Below are positions 6,535-15,309 of a stretch of 34,467 nucleotides of DNA, piece by piece. The notes below the pieces were generated by a model, which saw only the letters and a program-made list of their open reading frames with translations, made no database searches and had not been told where the DNA came from. This DNA is from a virus (lineage: Duplodnaviria; Caudoviricetes), in the IMG/VR virus record IMGVR_UViG_3300027764_000003, positions 1-34,467 of that record, one strand, 5' to 3'. A program made the translations under genes and the position numbers. Position 1 is the first letter of the stretch. The number at the start of each line of letters is the position of its first letter.

Positions 6535-6758
6535 AATTCAACGAGGACTACGCCGTGCATTCAAAAGATTATTTTAGAAAACTGTCAGAGACAACGACAC
6601 AGCCAAAGAAAGCCGACCCGGCAATCCTTGCCGACAAGATAAAGAATTTTCTCAACACGCCCGGTAAAAAGATTACTGAAGTTGCGCGAGGCGCTTCTGG
6701 CATGACGCTCTCGCCTATGGGAATATGCCGCAACGGCATTAAAGGAGCAGAGAAATGA
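6531..6758 (+). CDS. Small basic protein, possibly SutA RNAP-binding-domain-like
   Basis: ATGA overlap. LADKIKNFLNTPGKKITEVARGASG resembles the SutA-type FLxxGGKI/V motif. Confidence 0.55.
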   Translation: MKFNEDYAVHSKDYFRKLSETTTQPKKADPAILADKIKNFLNTPGKKITEVARGASGMTLSPMGICRNGIKGAEK

Positions 6759-7039
6759 AACCAGTTACAGCTCCCGATATACTCCAAACAGCAGCGCAGC
6801 ACATGCAAGAACGTGCAGCGACGTATGACCAGCAGGGCGGCGAAAGAAGCATAGGCAAGACCGTGTCGATGTTCAATATCCTAACAGGGCACGGGCTGAC
6901 CGACGAGCAAGGATGGCTGTTCATGACCTGCTTGAAGATGGTCCGGGCACAGGCTGGCAGATACCGATCCGACTCATATGAGGATGGTGCAGCTTACTTC
7001 GCACTGGCAGGCGAGAGCGCAGCGCAGGAGCGTGTGTGA
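6755..7039 (+). CDS. DUF6378-like phage protein
   Basis: ERAATYD, GWLFMTCLKMVR, DSYEDGAAYFALAGE. Confidence 0.7.
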   Translation: MKPVTAPDILQTAAQHMQERAATYDQQGGERSIGKTVSMFNILTGHGLTDEQGWLFMTCLKMVRAQAGRYRSDSYEDGAAYFALAGESAAQERV

Positions 7040-7233
7040 TGGGTGACAACGAAGTACTGCGGGACATAATTCTAGCCGCCCTATCAGAGCCGGTTGCATC
7101 ATCGCAGCCGACCGAACTGGCAATGCACCGCGCAGACTATAACGCTATTAAGGCGGCAGGGTTTGATTCTCCCGGCGAGCTGTTAGCGGCATATAACACG
7201 CTCACCGCGAGCAAGGAGAAAAATAATGAATGA
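7036..7233 (+). CDS. Hypothetical protein
   Basis: AGGAG SD, GTGA overlap. Confidence 0.6.
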   Translation: MMGDNEVLRDIILAALSEPVASSQPTELAMHRADYNAIKAAGFDSPGELLAAYNTLTASKEKNNE

Positions 7234-7483
7234 GCTGAAGCCGGTGGCATCAATCTGCGTTTCGCATTGGCGAGGGGCGGCAGGGATGGAAAATATTGAA
7301 CTGCAAATGCGCGTGGATTTGCCTGACGGCGTGCATCAGGTTTACGCCATCCCCGACACGCACAGGGTTGTGAGTGTGGAGCTGCTGGAGCGCTTGCAGT
7401 ATTGCGCTGAAGCATCTCCATTCGCAGCAGATGAAGAAACGTTTCTAACACTCCGCGCCATCATCGACAAGGAGCAATCATGA
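7226..7483 (+). CDS. Hypothetical protein
   Basis: AAGGAG SD. Confidence 0.7.
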   Translation: MNELKPVASICVSHWRGAAGMENIELQMRVDLPDGVHQVYAIPDTHRVVSVELLERLQYCAEASPFAADEETFLTLRAIIDKEQS

Positions 7484-7680
7484 AGCCCGAGCACTGCAAA
7501 GGGTGTTCGCATTTCAACAAGGCCGGGAATTTGCGTTTAAAGAAATTTAACTCGTGGTGTTGCGCTAAAGGCGCGGAAGCCAAGCGATCAGTCGGCTGGT
7601 GCAAGACGCACAACCAGAAAACGGAATCTCAGGCCGCGCAGAGTATGAGCGCCATCATCGACAACAAGGGGGCGACATGA
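7480..7680 (+). CDS. Small Cys-rich protein
   Basis: CKGC...WCC...WC pattern, AAGGAG SD. Confidence 0.65.
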   Translation: MKPEHCKGCSHFNKAGNLRLKKFNSWCCAKGAEAKRSVGWCKTHNQKTESQAAQSMSAIIDNKGAT

Positions 7681-7796
7681 CAGACCTCGAAAAACAGGCA
7701 GAGCTGGCGCTGATCGTTGACCTGATTAAACAATCGCAGGCCGCGCAGTACCTGCAAACCGTTGAGACCGGAATAATAATTAACACTAAAGCTTAA
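7677..7796 (+). CDS. Hypothetical 39-aa protein
   Basis: ATGA overlap, AAGGGGG SD. Confidence 0.5.
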   Translation: MTDLEKQAELALIVDLIKQSQAAQYLQTVETGIIINTKA

Positions 7797-7806
7797 GGAG
7801 AATGAC

Positions 7807-8241
7807 ATGAAATACTTAGTAAACCGAGAGACGAAAGAGCACAAAGTTTATTCCGCCACGGAGTTTTACGACGACAAAGCATGGCGCGTTGTCGAGGCCG
7901 ACGACGAGGGCTGGATTAAGTGGGATGGCAAAAGCAAAAAGCGCCCGCTTCCCGCCGATGCCAGAGTGGAGGTGCTTTTTAGTTATAATAACGAGGCGGC
8001 TGGCCATCTTCTAGCTAGCGATTGGAGGTGGGCAGATGAACAGCTAACCCATTACCGCCCCATCCTCCCTGCCGAGAGCAAGCCTACACTAGAAATCCCG
8101 TGGGATTTAATCGAGAAGGCCGCAAAGGTTGAATTATTCACCCGCCTTGTTTCTGCCGTCGCTGCATCTGAGTCCATCCCTGCCCTGATCGCCGACATAA
8201 ACTCAATGCTGCCTGAAGGCTATGAGGTGACGCGCAGATGA
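7807..8241 (+). CDS. Hypothetical phage protein
   Basis: AAGGAG SD. GWIKWDG...VEV...WRW...THYRP pattern is common in small phage proteins. Confidence 0.75.
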   Translation: MKYLVNRETKEHKVYSATEFYDDKAWRVVEADDEGWIKWDGKSKKRPLPADARVEVLFSYNNEAAGHLLASDWRWADEQLTHYRPILPAESKPTLEIPWDLIEKAAKVELFTRLVSAVAASESIPALIADINSMLPEGYEVTRR

Positions 8242-8660
8242 AATTCAAGAAACTCACGACTACTGCTATCACCCCCACGCGGGGCAGCCCCAACTCAGCG
8301 GGGCTTGATCTGTACGCCGACGCCGACGTGCTTGTATCGTCAGGCGCATCAGTGATGCTCGGGACGGGTATTGCAATTGAGATACCGCAGGGCTACGTCG
8401 GGCTGGTCTGCATACGTTCAAGCGTGGGTAAAGCGGGCGTTGCACTGGCTAACTCGGTCGGCGTGATAGACTCTGACTACCGGGGCGAGATAAAGCTATG
8501 TCTGATCTACACTGCGGGCAATGGCGGGCACTACATACGCAGAGGACACGCTGTAGCGCAGATCGTCGTCATGCCATACCTGCATACCGATCTTATCGAA
8601 GTCGACGCCTTGACCAGCACAGAGCGCGGAGCGGGCGGCTTTGGCAGTACTGGTCGCTAA
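8238..8660 (+). CDS. dut: dUTP diphosphatase (trimeric dUTPase)
   Basis: Motifs AGLDL, RSS, GVIDSDYRGE, AQ and RGAGGFGSTG. Confidence 0.95.
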   Translation: MKFKKLTTTAITPTRGSPNSAGLDLYADADVLVSSGASVMLGTGIAIEIPQGYVGLVCIRSSVGKAGVALANSVGVIDSDYRGEIKLCLIYTAGNGGHYIRRGHAVAQIVVMPYLHTDLIEVDALTSTERGAGGFGSTGR

Positions 8661-8712
8661 AGCCGAAAATTTGATGTAATATTGTCCCATTGGACGCTGA
8701 GAGGTAAATTCT

Positions 8713-8997
8713 GTGGCGAAAAAAGACCCAAGGCTCGAACGGGTAGGCGTTGAAGGCTTCAACAAGCCCAAGAAAACGCCGAGCCATCCGACGAAAAGCC
8801 ATGTTGTTGTTGCGAAGGTTGGCGACGAGATCAAAACGATTCGATTCGGGCAGCAGGGTGTCAGCGGATCTCCGCCACGGGCAAACGAGTCTGAGGCAGA
8901 TAAAGCACGGCGGGCCAGCTTCAAGGCTCGACACGCCGAGAACATTGCAAAAGGCAAAATGTCTGCCGCATATTGGGCAAACAAAGTGAAGTGGTAA
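8713..8997 (+). CDS. Highly basic conserved phage protein
   Basis: GTG start after GAGG. KSHVVVAK, IRFGQQG, RRASFKARH and SAAYWANKVKW motifs. K/R-rich. Confidence 0.8.
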   Translation: MAKKDPRLERVGVEGFNKPKKTPSHPTKSHVVVAKVGDEIKTIRFGQQGVSGSPPRANESEADKARRASFKARHAENIAKGKMSAAYWANKVKW

Positions 8998-9001
8998 TAA
9001 T

Positions 9002-9081
9002 GCGCCTTGCCTCAGCACCGAGTGCTGCTGGCAGGGCGTCAACGCTCTCAGAGAGAGCATAATCATACTGGCCGGGGGTCA
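9002..9081 (+). other. Structured intergenic leader with three hairpins
   Basis: GCGCCTTGCC-CAGCAC(CGA)GTGCTG-GGCAGGGCGT; GCTCTC(AGA)GAGAGC; TGGCC(GGG)GGTCA. Confidence 0.55.
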
Positions 9082-9083
9082 AT

Positions 9084-9611
9084 GTGAAAACGCAATTTCC
9101 GATATATAAAACCGTCAAGACAGACAGCCTTATTCCCTACGCTCGAAACTCCCGCACGCACTCCGAGCAGCAAATATCTAAAATCGCTGCCAGCATAAAA
9201 GAATTTGGCTTTCTAAATCCAGTCATCATCGACGGCGCCAGTGGCATTGTAGCAGGCCACGGGCGCGTTATGGCCGCGCAAAAGCTTGGCATGGATGAAC
9301 TACCAGTCATCGAGGCAAGCCACCTTAGCGACGCTCAGAGGCGTGCATACGTCATTGCTGACAATAGGCTGGCGCTCGATGCTGGCTGGGACGAGGAGAT
9401 GTTGAGGGTGGAGTTTGCGGAGCTGGAAGCGCTTGGTTTTGATTTAGACTTAACTGGCTTTGCACATCAGGAAATGTTCGAAATAGTCACCGACAAAGAA
9501 TTTGCTCCCGGCACTGAAGACGACCAGGGGAAGTTAGATCAACTAGATCCGAAGATTATTGTCTGCCCGAATTGCGGTGAGGAATTTGATAGCAGAGGCC
9601 ATGAAAAATGA
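9084..9611 (+). CDS. ParB/Srx N-terminal-domain protein with C-terminal CPxCG
   Basis: LIPYARNSRTHS, SIKEFGFLNP, AGHGR, ADNRL, CPNCG. Confidence 0.9.
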   Translation: MKTQFPIYKTVKTDSLIPYARNSRTHSEQQISKIAASIKEFGFLNPVIIDGASGIVAGHGRVMAAQKLGMDELPVIEASHLSDAQRRAYVIADNRLALDAGWDEEMLRVEFAELEALGFDLDLTGFAHQEMFEIVTDKEFAPGTEDDQGKLDQLDPKIIVCPNCGEEFDSRGHEK

Positions 9612-9805
9612 GCATAGAACAAAAAAACAAGAACATTCTCGGAAGGTTTGAGACAAAGGCAGAAGCAGGAAATGCCAAAGTGTATACAGGGCTTATTGAC
9701 AACAAAAAGGTTGTGATGATCTCATCAGGTGGTGAATCTGAGGCAGAGGCCATTTTCTCGTTTCAAAACAAGTTTGGCGCAGAGAGGTTCGGCGGCCTTG
9801 TCTAA
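9608..9805 (+). CDS. Hypothetical protein
   Basis: ATGA overlap with the ParB-like gene. Its 3' end overlaps the next start. Confidence 0.6.
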   Translation: MSIEQKNKNILGRFETKAEAGNAKVYTGLIDNKKVVMISSGGESEAEAIFSFQNKFGAERFGGLV

Positions 9806-10496
9806 AGTCGATCTGCGTATAGATTGGGCAACCCATGAAGCAGCAAAATATGCTTGTGAGAATTGGCATTACAGCAAAAGCATACCAGTGCCGCCATTAG
9901 TGAAAGTTGGTGTCTGGGAGAAAGGGAAGTTTATAGGTGTTGTAATTTTCAGCAGAGGCGCATCATCCAATCTAATGGCTCCTTATGGATTAACTCAAGA
10001 TCAAGGCTGTGAGCTTACGCGCATAGCACTGAAAGCGCACGAATCGCCTGTGTCTCGAATTGCTAAACTTGCAATGCAATTTTTGCAGCGTAACAGCCCT
10101 GATTTGCGCTTAATCGTCTCTTTTGCTGACCCTCAATACGGGCATCATGGCGGCATTTATCAGGCAGGTAATTGGCTTTACTCTGGAGACACACAAAAAG
10201 GCAAAGAATATTGGAAAGATGGAAAGAGGCTGCATTCTAGGCAAGTCTCTGAAAAAGGCTGGAATATCCAGCAAGGGGCAGTAAGAAAAACGGCAAAGCC
10301 TAGTCAGTGCAAGATCGTGGTCACAACAGGCAAGCACCGCTACCTCATGCCCCTAGACGCCGAAATGCGAGAAAAAGTGTTACCATTAGTAAAACCCTAC
10401 CCCAAGCGTATGAAGCAGGCTAACTCTGGTGACCAGCCAGAAAGCGGCGGGGCAGCACCGACCCATACGCTCCATATTCTATCAGGGGCACAATAA
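9798..10496 (+). CDS. mom: Mom-family (GNAT-fold) DNA adenine-modification enzyme
   Basis: NWHYS, ELTRIAL, IVSFADP, GGIYQAGNWLYSG. Probable TTG start at 9798 after GAGG. Confidence 0.75.
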   Translation: MSKVDLRIDWATHEAAKYACENWHYSKSIPVPPLVKVGVWEKGKFIGVVIFSRGASSNLMAPYGLTQDQGCELTRIALKAHESPVSRIAKLAMQFLQRNSPDLRLIVSFADPQYGHHGGIYQAGNWLYSGDTQKGKEYWKDGKRLHSRQVSEKGWNIQQGAVRKTAKPSQCKIVVTTGKHRYLMPLDAEMREKVLPLVKPYPKRMKQANSGDQPESGGAAPTHTLHILSGAQ

Positions 10497-10876
10497 TGTC
10501 CCGCGCACCCCATGAGCCAACCGACAAGATTCGCGCCGAGATAACGGCGCTGAAGTCTTACGGTATACCCGTCAAGGAAATTGCGGCATATATCGGCATT
10601 GACGATAAAACAATGTCGAAGTATTACCGCAAAGAACTTGATGATGCAGCAATAAGAGCAAGCGCAATGGTCGGCAAATTCCTATTCGACGCCGCCAGTG
10701 GTCGCGCTATGGAAAAAGGTGCAACTTACTCCGACTGTCTGCGCGGCTCGATGTTCTGGGCTAAGACCCGCATGGGCTGGCGCGAGAATGACCGCGAGGA
10801 ACTTCCCGCCGATGCTGCTGATCGAGTAATTGAGATCATTCGGTCAACAAAGCCCAAAGAAGAAGGCGCTCAATAA
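10496..10876 (+). CDS. terS: Terminase small subunit
   Basis: N-terminal HTH (EIAAYIGIDDKTMSKYY), FWAKTRMGWRE motif, directly upstream of terL. Confidence 0.8.
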   Translation: MSRAPHEPTDKIRAEITALKSYGIPVKEIAAYIGIDDKTMSKYYRKELDDAAIRASAMVGKFLFDAASGRAMEKGATYSDCLRGSMFWAKTRMGWRENDREELPADAADRVIEIIRSTKPKEEGAQ

Positions 10877-12114
10877 TGCAGCTCGCGCTCACCGAGCCAC
10901 AGGAAGAATTTACATTCTGCGAGGATACGTTCCCGGCGCTTGTTGGCGGGCTTGGCAGCGGCAAGACTATGGCGGGCAGCACCCGGCTTTTGCTTAAAAT
11001 GCTGGCCGAGCCTGCCATCAACACCGCGCACTATATGCCGACGTATGACCTGCTTAGACTCAGGGCTGTACCCGGCACGCAGGAGCTGCTCGAAAAGCTG
11101 AACATCCCATATAAAACCAATAAGTCTACTTGGTCAATTGATCTGGAAGGTTATGGAGACATCATCTTTCGCTCATATGATAACCCGGCGCGTATCGTTT
11201 CCTATGAGGTGGCGCACTCGATTGTGGACGAGCTGGACACGCTGCCAAAAGACAAGGCAGAAATTGTCTGGCGCAAAGTCTCGGAGCGAAACCGGCAGCG
11301 ATGCAAAGGCAAAAACAGTATAGGCAACGTGACTACCCCTGACCACGGCTATGCTGGCTTTACTTACGCAAAGTGGGTCAAGAATCCGGCGGATGGTTAC
11401 AGAATTATAAAAGCGCCAACGGCCAGCAATCCATACTTGCCGGATAGCTACATCGAGCAGATCAGGACAAACTACGACCCGCTTCTGGCCGATATGTACC
11501 TGAGCGGGGAGTTCGTGAGCTTATCGCGCAACAAGGTGTACCATTTCTTCAGCAGGGCAAAGCACCACAGGGCGCGAGAGATTACCGAGAGCGACAATTA
11601 TTTGCACATCGGGCTAGACTTTAACATTGGCGGCACTTGCGCTACAGTATGGCTGACGGAGAACAACAAGCCGATCGCTGTCGATGAGTTTATCAGCCAC
11701 GACACCCGAGACTTTATTGCCAAGGTGCAAAGGTTTAAGAAACCCGGAAGAACGCTGACGATTTACCCTGACGCCTCTGGAAACTCAGGCAGCACAAACG
11801 CCAGCAAAACAGATATTCAATTACTGCGCGATGCTGGGCTTTCAATCGACTGCCCTGCTGCTAACCCGGCTATACGAGACAGCGTGAACGCAGTCAATGC
11901 TTTGCTGTCCCACGATTCGATGTTCGTGAACACAGATAAGTGCCCGAATTTAGCCGCCGCGATTGAGTCGCAGGGCTACGACAAGAACGGCGACCCAGAA
12001 AAGTTTAGCACTCACCCAAGCCTCGATGATTGGACGGACGGCATGAGATATTTCATAAACCGTCGATTCCCAATTCAAAGGCCAATGATTCGAGCAAGCC
12101 TCTCAGGAATTTAA
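10876..12114 (+). CDS. terL: Terminase large subunit
   Basis: Walker A GGLGSGKT, Walker B IVDE, TTP coupling motif, nuclease motifs GLDFN, YPDASG and DDWTDGMRY. Confidence 0.95.
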   Translation: MQLALTEPQEEFTFCEDTFPALVGGLGSGKTMAGSTRLLLKMLAEPAINTAHYMPTYDLLRLRAVPGTQELLEKLNIPYKTNKSTWSIDLEGYGDIIFRSYDNPARIVSYEVAHSIVDELDTLPKDKAEIVWRKVSERNRQRCKGKNSIGNVTTPDHGYAGFTYAKWVKNPADGYRIIKAPTASNPYLPDSYIEQIRTNYDPLLADMYLSGEFVSLSRNKVYHFFSRAKHHRAREITESDNYLHIGLDFNIGGTCATVWLTENNKPIAVDEFISHDTRDFIAKVQRFKKPGRTLTIYPDASGNSGSTNASKTDIQLLRDAGLSIDCPAANPAIRDSVNAVNALLSHDSMFVNTDKCPNLAAAIESQGYDKNGDPEKFSTHPSLDDWTDGMRYFINRRFPIQRPMIRASLSGI

Positions 12115-12116
12115 AC

Positions 12117-13547
12117 ATGGCGACCAACGGCGTAAGAACAGAGCACCCCGATTACAGCGAATCTCTCGAAATTTGGAAAGCTTGCGATGATTCGGCTGAA
12201 GGCGAATACGAAATCCACGAAGGTGGAGTAAAATATTTGCCCAAATTAAGCGGCGAGACAAAGGCAGAATATGATGCGCGAAAGAATCGAACGCCTTTCT
12301 TTAATGCTTACTGGAAAACAATTTCAGGTTTAAAAGGAATGTTGTTCCGAAAAGCGCCAATTTTAAGCCCTGTCCCGCCGGGTGTTGTCGATTACATGAA
12401 CGATGTGGATATGGCTGGCACCGACATTGACACTTTTACGCAAGAAATCTGCGAGGAGCTTTTAAGCACTGGTCGAATCGGCGTGTTGATTGACTACCCG
12501 CCGATGCCGGTCAATGCAGACGGTCGCCCGATTACCGTGGCTCAGGCTGAGGCTCAGGGACTGAGGCCGAGGATGGCAAAATACGAAGCGACCGACATCA
12601 TCAATTGGAAGCGCCAGCGAATTAACAATTCTATGCAGTACACGCTGATTGTTTTGAAAGAAGAAGCGTATATTGGCGACACTGAATTTTCTCAAGACTA
12701 TGAAGACAGATATCGCGTTCTTGATCTGACGCCGATAGGCTACAGGCAGCGAGTTTTTAGAATAAACATTCGCGGCGAGGATGAGCTTGTCGAAGGCTCG
12801 GAAATTTATCCGGTAATGAACGGGAAGGCATTGTCCTCAATTCCGTTTGTGTTCTTCGGCGTGGACGGCACTGGCGATGAAGTAGAAACGCCGCCCCTAC
12901 TTGATTTGATGACAATGAATCTGCACCACTACGGCGTCTCAGCCGATTGGGAGCATGGCTGTCATTTTCAAGGATTGCCGACGCCATACATCTCGGGCTA
13001 TTCGCCAAGCGTCAGCGAGTCTGGCATCAAGGAAAGTCTTGGAGTCGGTGGCACTTCTGCGCTGTGCTTTCCAGACCCAAATGCAAAAATGGACTATGCA
13101 GAGATCAGCGGCAATTTCGAGGCGCTGCAAAAGAATCTGATGATGAAAGAAAAGCAAATGGCGGTGCTTGGCGCTCGGATGCTTGAACAGCAGCAATCGA
13201 GCGCGGAGTCCGGTATCGCCCTGCAACAGCGATCTTCTGGCGAGCAGTCCCAGCTTGCCGCCATGTCGCAGGTAGTCAGCGCAACCATGACCCGGTGCCT
13301 TCGCATTTTCAGCGATTGGGCTGGGCAGAGCGGCGAGATAAAATACCAGATCAGCACAGACTTTTTGCCGGTCGGCTTATCCGCGCAAGAACTGACCGCG
13401 CTGGTATCAAGCTGGCAAGCTGGCGCAATCTCGCAGCACACGTTGTTCGATAACCTGCAACGGGGCGAGATTGTTTCCGACAGCGTGACGTTTGAGGAGG
13501 AGCAAGAGCGAATTAACTCTGCGCCTGCCGGAATGGGGGCCGTGTGA
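12117..13547 (+). CDS. Portal protein (DUF4055-type)
   Basis: Follows terL, ~476 aa, YLPKL, GRIGVLIDYP, IPFVF and PPLLDL motifs. Confidence 0.9.
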   Translation: MATNGVRTEHPDYSESLEIWKACDDSAEGEYEIHEGGVKYLPKLSGETKAEYDARKNRTPFFNAYWKTISGLKGMLFRKAPILSPVPPGVVDYMNDVDMAGTDIDTFTQEICEELLSTGRIGVLIDYPPMPVNADGRPITVAQAEAQGLRPRMAKYEATDIINWKRQRINNSMQYTLIVLKEEAYIGDTEFSQDYEDRYRVLDLTPIGYRQRVFRINIRGEDELVEGSEIYPVMNGKALSSIPFVFFGVDGTGDEVETPPLLDLMTMNLHHYGVSADWEHGCHFQGLPTPYISGYSPSVSESGIKESLGVGGTSALCFPDPNAKMDYAEISGNFEALQKNLMMKEKQMAVLGARMLEQQQSSAESGIALQQRSSGEQSQLAAMSQVVSATMTRCLRIFSDWAGQSGEIKYQISTDFLPVGLSAQELTALVSSWQAGAISQHTLFDNLQRGEIVSDSVTFEEEQERINSAPAGMGAV

Positions 13548-14518
13548 CAGTTGCCATCGACAAAGCAATCGAGCTTCAGCTTGATATTCAGCGAGTGACG
13601 GTATCGGCACAGGCCGACGTCATCGCTGTGCTGAAGCGATTACAGCGTGAGCTTCTGGCCGAGGTTGCTGGCGCAAACTATACGCAATGGCGAAAGGCGA
13701 GAATTGAAAAACAGCTTTTGCAGATCAAGCGCACGATTGCAGATTATTACGGGCAAGCCGCAGTTGTGGCACAGGAAGCCTCTCTCGGCATTGCCAGCGT
13801 CGCCTCTAAAGTGACGGCTGTATCGCTTGGCGTTTCAGCAGTGCTGCCATCCGCCGAGGTGATCGAGCGGGCAGTGAGCAACGCCATGATTCTCGGAGCG
13901 CCATCGAGCGATTGGTGGGCGCGTCAATCTTCTGACGCCGCTTTTAAATTCTCTCAGCAGGTTCGCCAAGGCATTGCTGCCTCTGAAACTGCGGGCCAGA
14001 TCACACAGCGTGCCTTAAGCGTGCTGGAGACCTCCAAGGAAGGCGCGAGGGCACTGGTGCATACTTCCGTGTCCACCGTGGCGAACGATGCTAGAATGGC
14101 CGTATACGAGGCCAACTATGACATTATCAAGCGATACCGGGCGCTCGCTACGCTGGACACGCACACTTGCCTGATCTGCGCCCCGCTCGATGGGCTGGAG
14201 TGGAATAAAGACAAGACGCCGATTGACCACAGCCAGCCGTTCCCGACGTACCCGAAGCACATAAACTGCCGGTGCCTGTTGGTCGGTCGTGTGACGACCG
14301 GCGAGCCGGGTGGTGGCAGGGCGGCGGGTGGCGGGCCGGTCTCGGCAAAGACTACCTTCGGGGATTGGCTAGGAAGACAGTCAAAAGAAAAGCAGGTTGA
14401 GATATTGGGCAAGGGTCGGGCCGAGCTTTACACAAGCGGCAAGATTACGCTTTCCGATGTTGTAAACGGCAGGGGTTCGCCTCTGTCTCTGAAGCAGTTG
14501 CAAGACAAATACCAATAG
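13544..14518 (+). CDS. Minor head protein (SPP1 gp7 / Mu gpF family)
   Basis: ATLDTHTCLICAPLDG and PKHINCRC motifs. Follows the portal gene. Confidence 0.9.
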   Translation: MTVAIDKAIELQLDIQRVTVSAQADVIAVLKRLQRELLAEVAGANYTQWRKARIEKQLLQIKRTIADYYGQAAVVAQEASLGIASVASKVTAVSLGVSAVLPSAEVIERAVSNAMILGAPSSDWWARQSSDAAFKFSQQVRQGIAASETAGQITQRALSVLETSKEGARALVHTSVSTVANDARMAVYEANYDIIKRYRALATLDTHTCLICAPLDGLEWNKDKTPIDHSQPFPTYPKHINCRCLLVGRVTTGEPGGGRAAGGGPVSAKTTFGDWLGRQSKEKQVEILGKGRAELYTSGKITLSDVVNGRGSPLSLKQLQDKYQ

Positions 14519-14557
14519 GGTCTGTGACCCAAAACCCGCGCTGGAGGCGCAAACACT

Positions 14558-15181
14558 ATGGCAAAGCCTGAAATTACACCAGAACTGCAAGAGTACATCG
14601 ACGAAGTTATCAGCGGTCTTAAAGATAAAAACGCCGAATTGATCTCGGAAGTACGCAAGCTGAAAGTCGGCAAAGCGATTGACCCGGCGGATATGGAAAA
14701 GCTCGAAACGCAAATTGAAACGCTGATGGCAGACAATGCCAGACTTTCAAAGGATGGAAAAGGATTCCAAAAAGCAGCGGAGGATGCCGCTGAAGCTCTC
14801 AGGAAAGAATCCGGGTTTACGCAGACTCTGCTGATCGAGAACGGGCTGACGGCAGAGCTTTCAAAAGCTGGCATCACAAACCCGCAATTTCTCAAAGCAG
14901 CACAGGCGCTGCTCAAGGGAAGCGCCGCAATAGTGGCCGATGGAGATAAACGAATTGCCAAGATTGGCGATAAAGATTTAGCGACAGCGGTCAAGGAATG
15001 GGCGGCTGGCGAGGAAGGAAAGCATTTCGTTTCCGCCCCGAACAACTCAGGCGGCAATGCGAACGGGGGCGGTGGCAAGAGCAGCGACGGCATGAAGATG
15101 AGCCGGTCTGCCTTTGAAGCACTATCCTCTGGGCAAAAGTCTGAATTCGCCAAGAAAGGCGGAACGCTGACCAACGATTGA
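14558..15181 (+). CDS. Capsid scaffolding protein
   Basis: Coiled-coil character, Gly-rich linker and short C-terminal helix. Lies just before the major capsid gene. Confidence 0.8.
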   Translation: MAKPEITPELQEYIDEVISGLKDKNAELISEVRKLKVGKAIDPADMEKLETQIETLMADNARLSKDGKGFQKAAEDAAEALRKESGFTQTLLIENGLTAELSKAGITNPQFLKAAQALLKGSAAIVADGDKRIAKIGDKDLATAVKEWAAGEEGKHFVSAPNNSGGNANGGGGKSSDGMKMSRSAFEALSSGQKSEFAKKGGTLTND

Positions 15182-15186
15182 CAATT

Positions 15187-15215
15187 TTGCAAAACTCCGG
15201 CAGCTTTGTTATGCT
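15187..15215 (+). promoter_or_regulatory. Promoter for the capsid gene, overlapped by an inverted repeat
   Basis: TTGCAA, 17-bp spacer, extended TG-n-TATGCT. Inverted repeat at 15193-15204 / 15213-15224. Confidence 0.55.
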
Positions 15216-15309
15216 GTCGGAGTTGCTTGAACAGTGGCTGGGCCATTGCATCCGTTCGGTTGAGCCGATAGGAATAAAACCTCTTATCAAATAATCGAAC
15301 AGGTGCCCT

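Noticed and set aside
5943-6758. Overlapping Cys-rich, RPLL and GRSK repeat ORFs in other frames
   Set aside because: They are by-products of the stop-free 12-bp repeat. Only 5947-6534 and 6531-6758 fit the operon packing.
8655-8700. Late promoter before the basic protein gene
   Set aside because: A TAATAT -10-like box is present but there is no convincing -35, so it was not called.
9084-9611. ParB as a sign of a plasmid-prophage partition system
   Set aside because: Only the N-terminal ParB/Srx domain is present, with no HTH and no ParA. The context is DNA modification and packaging.
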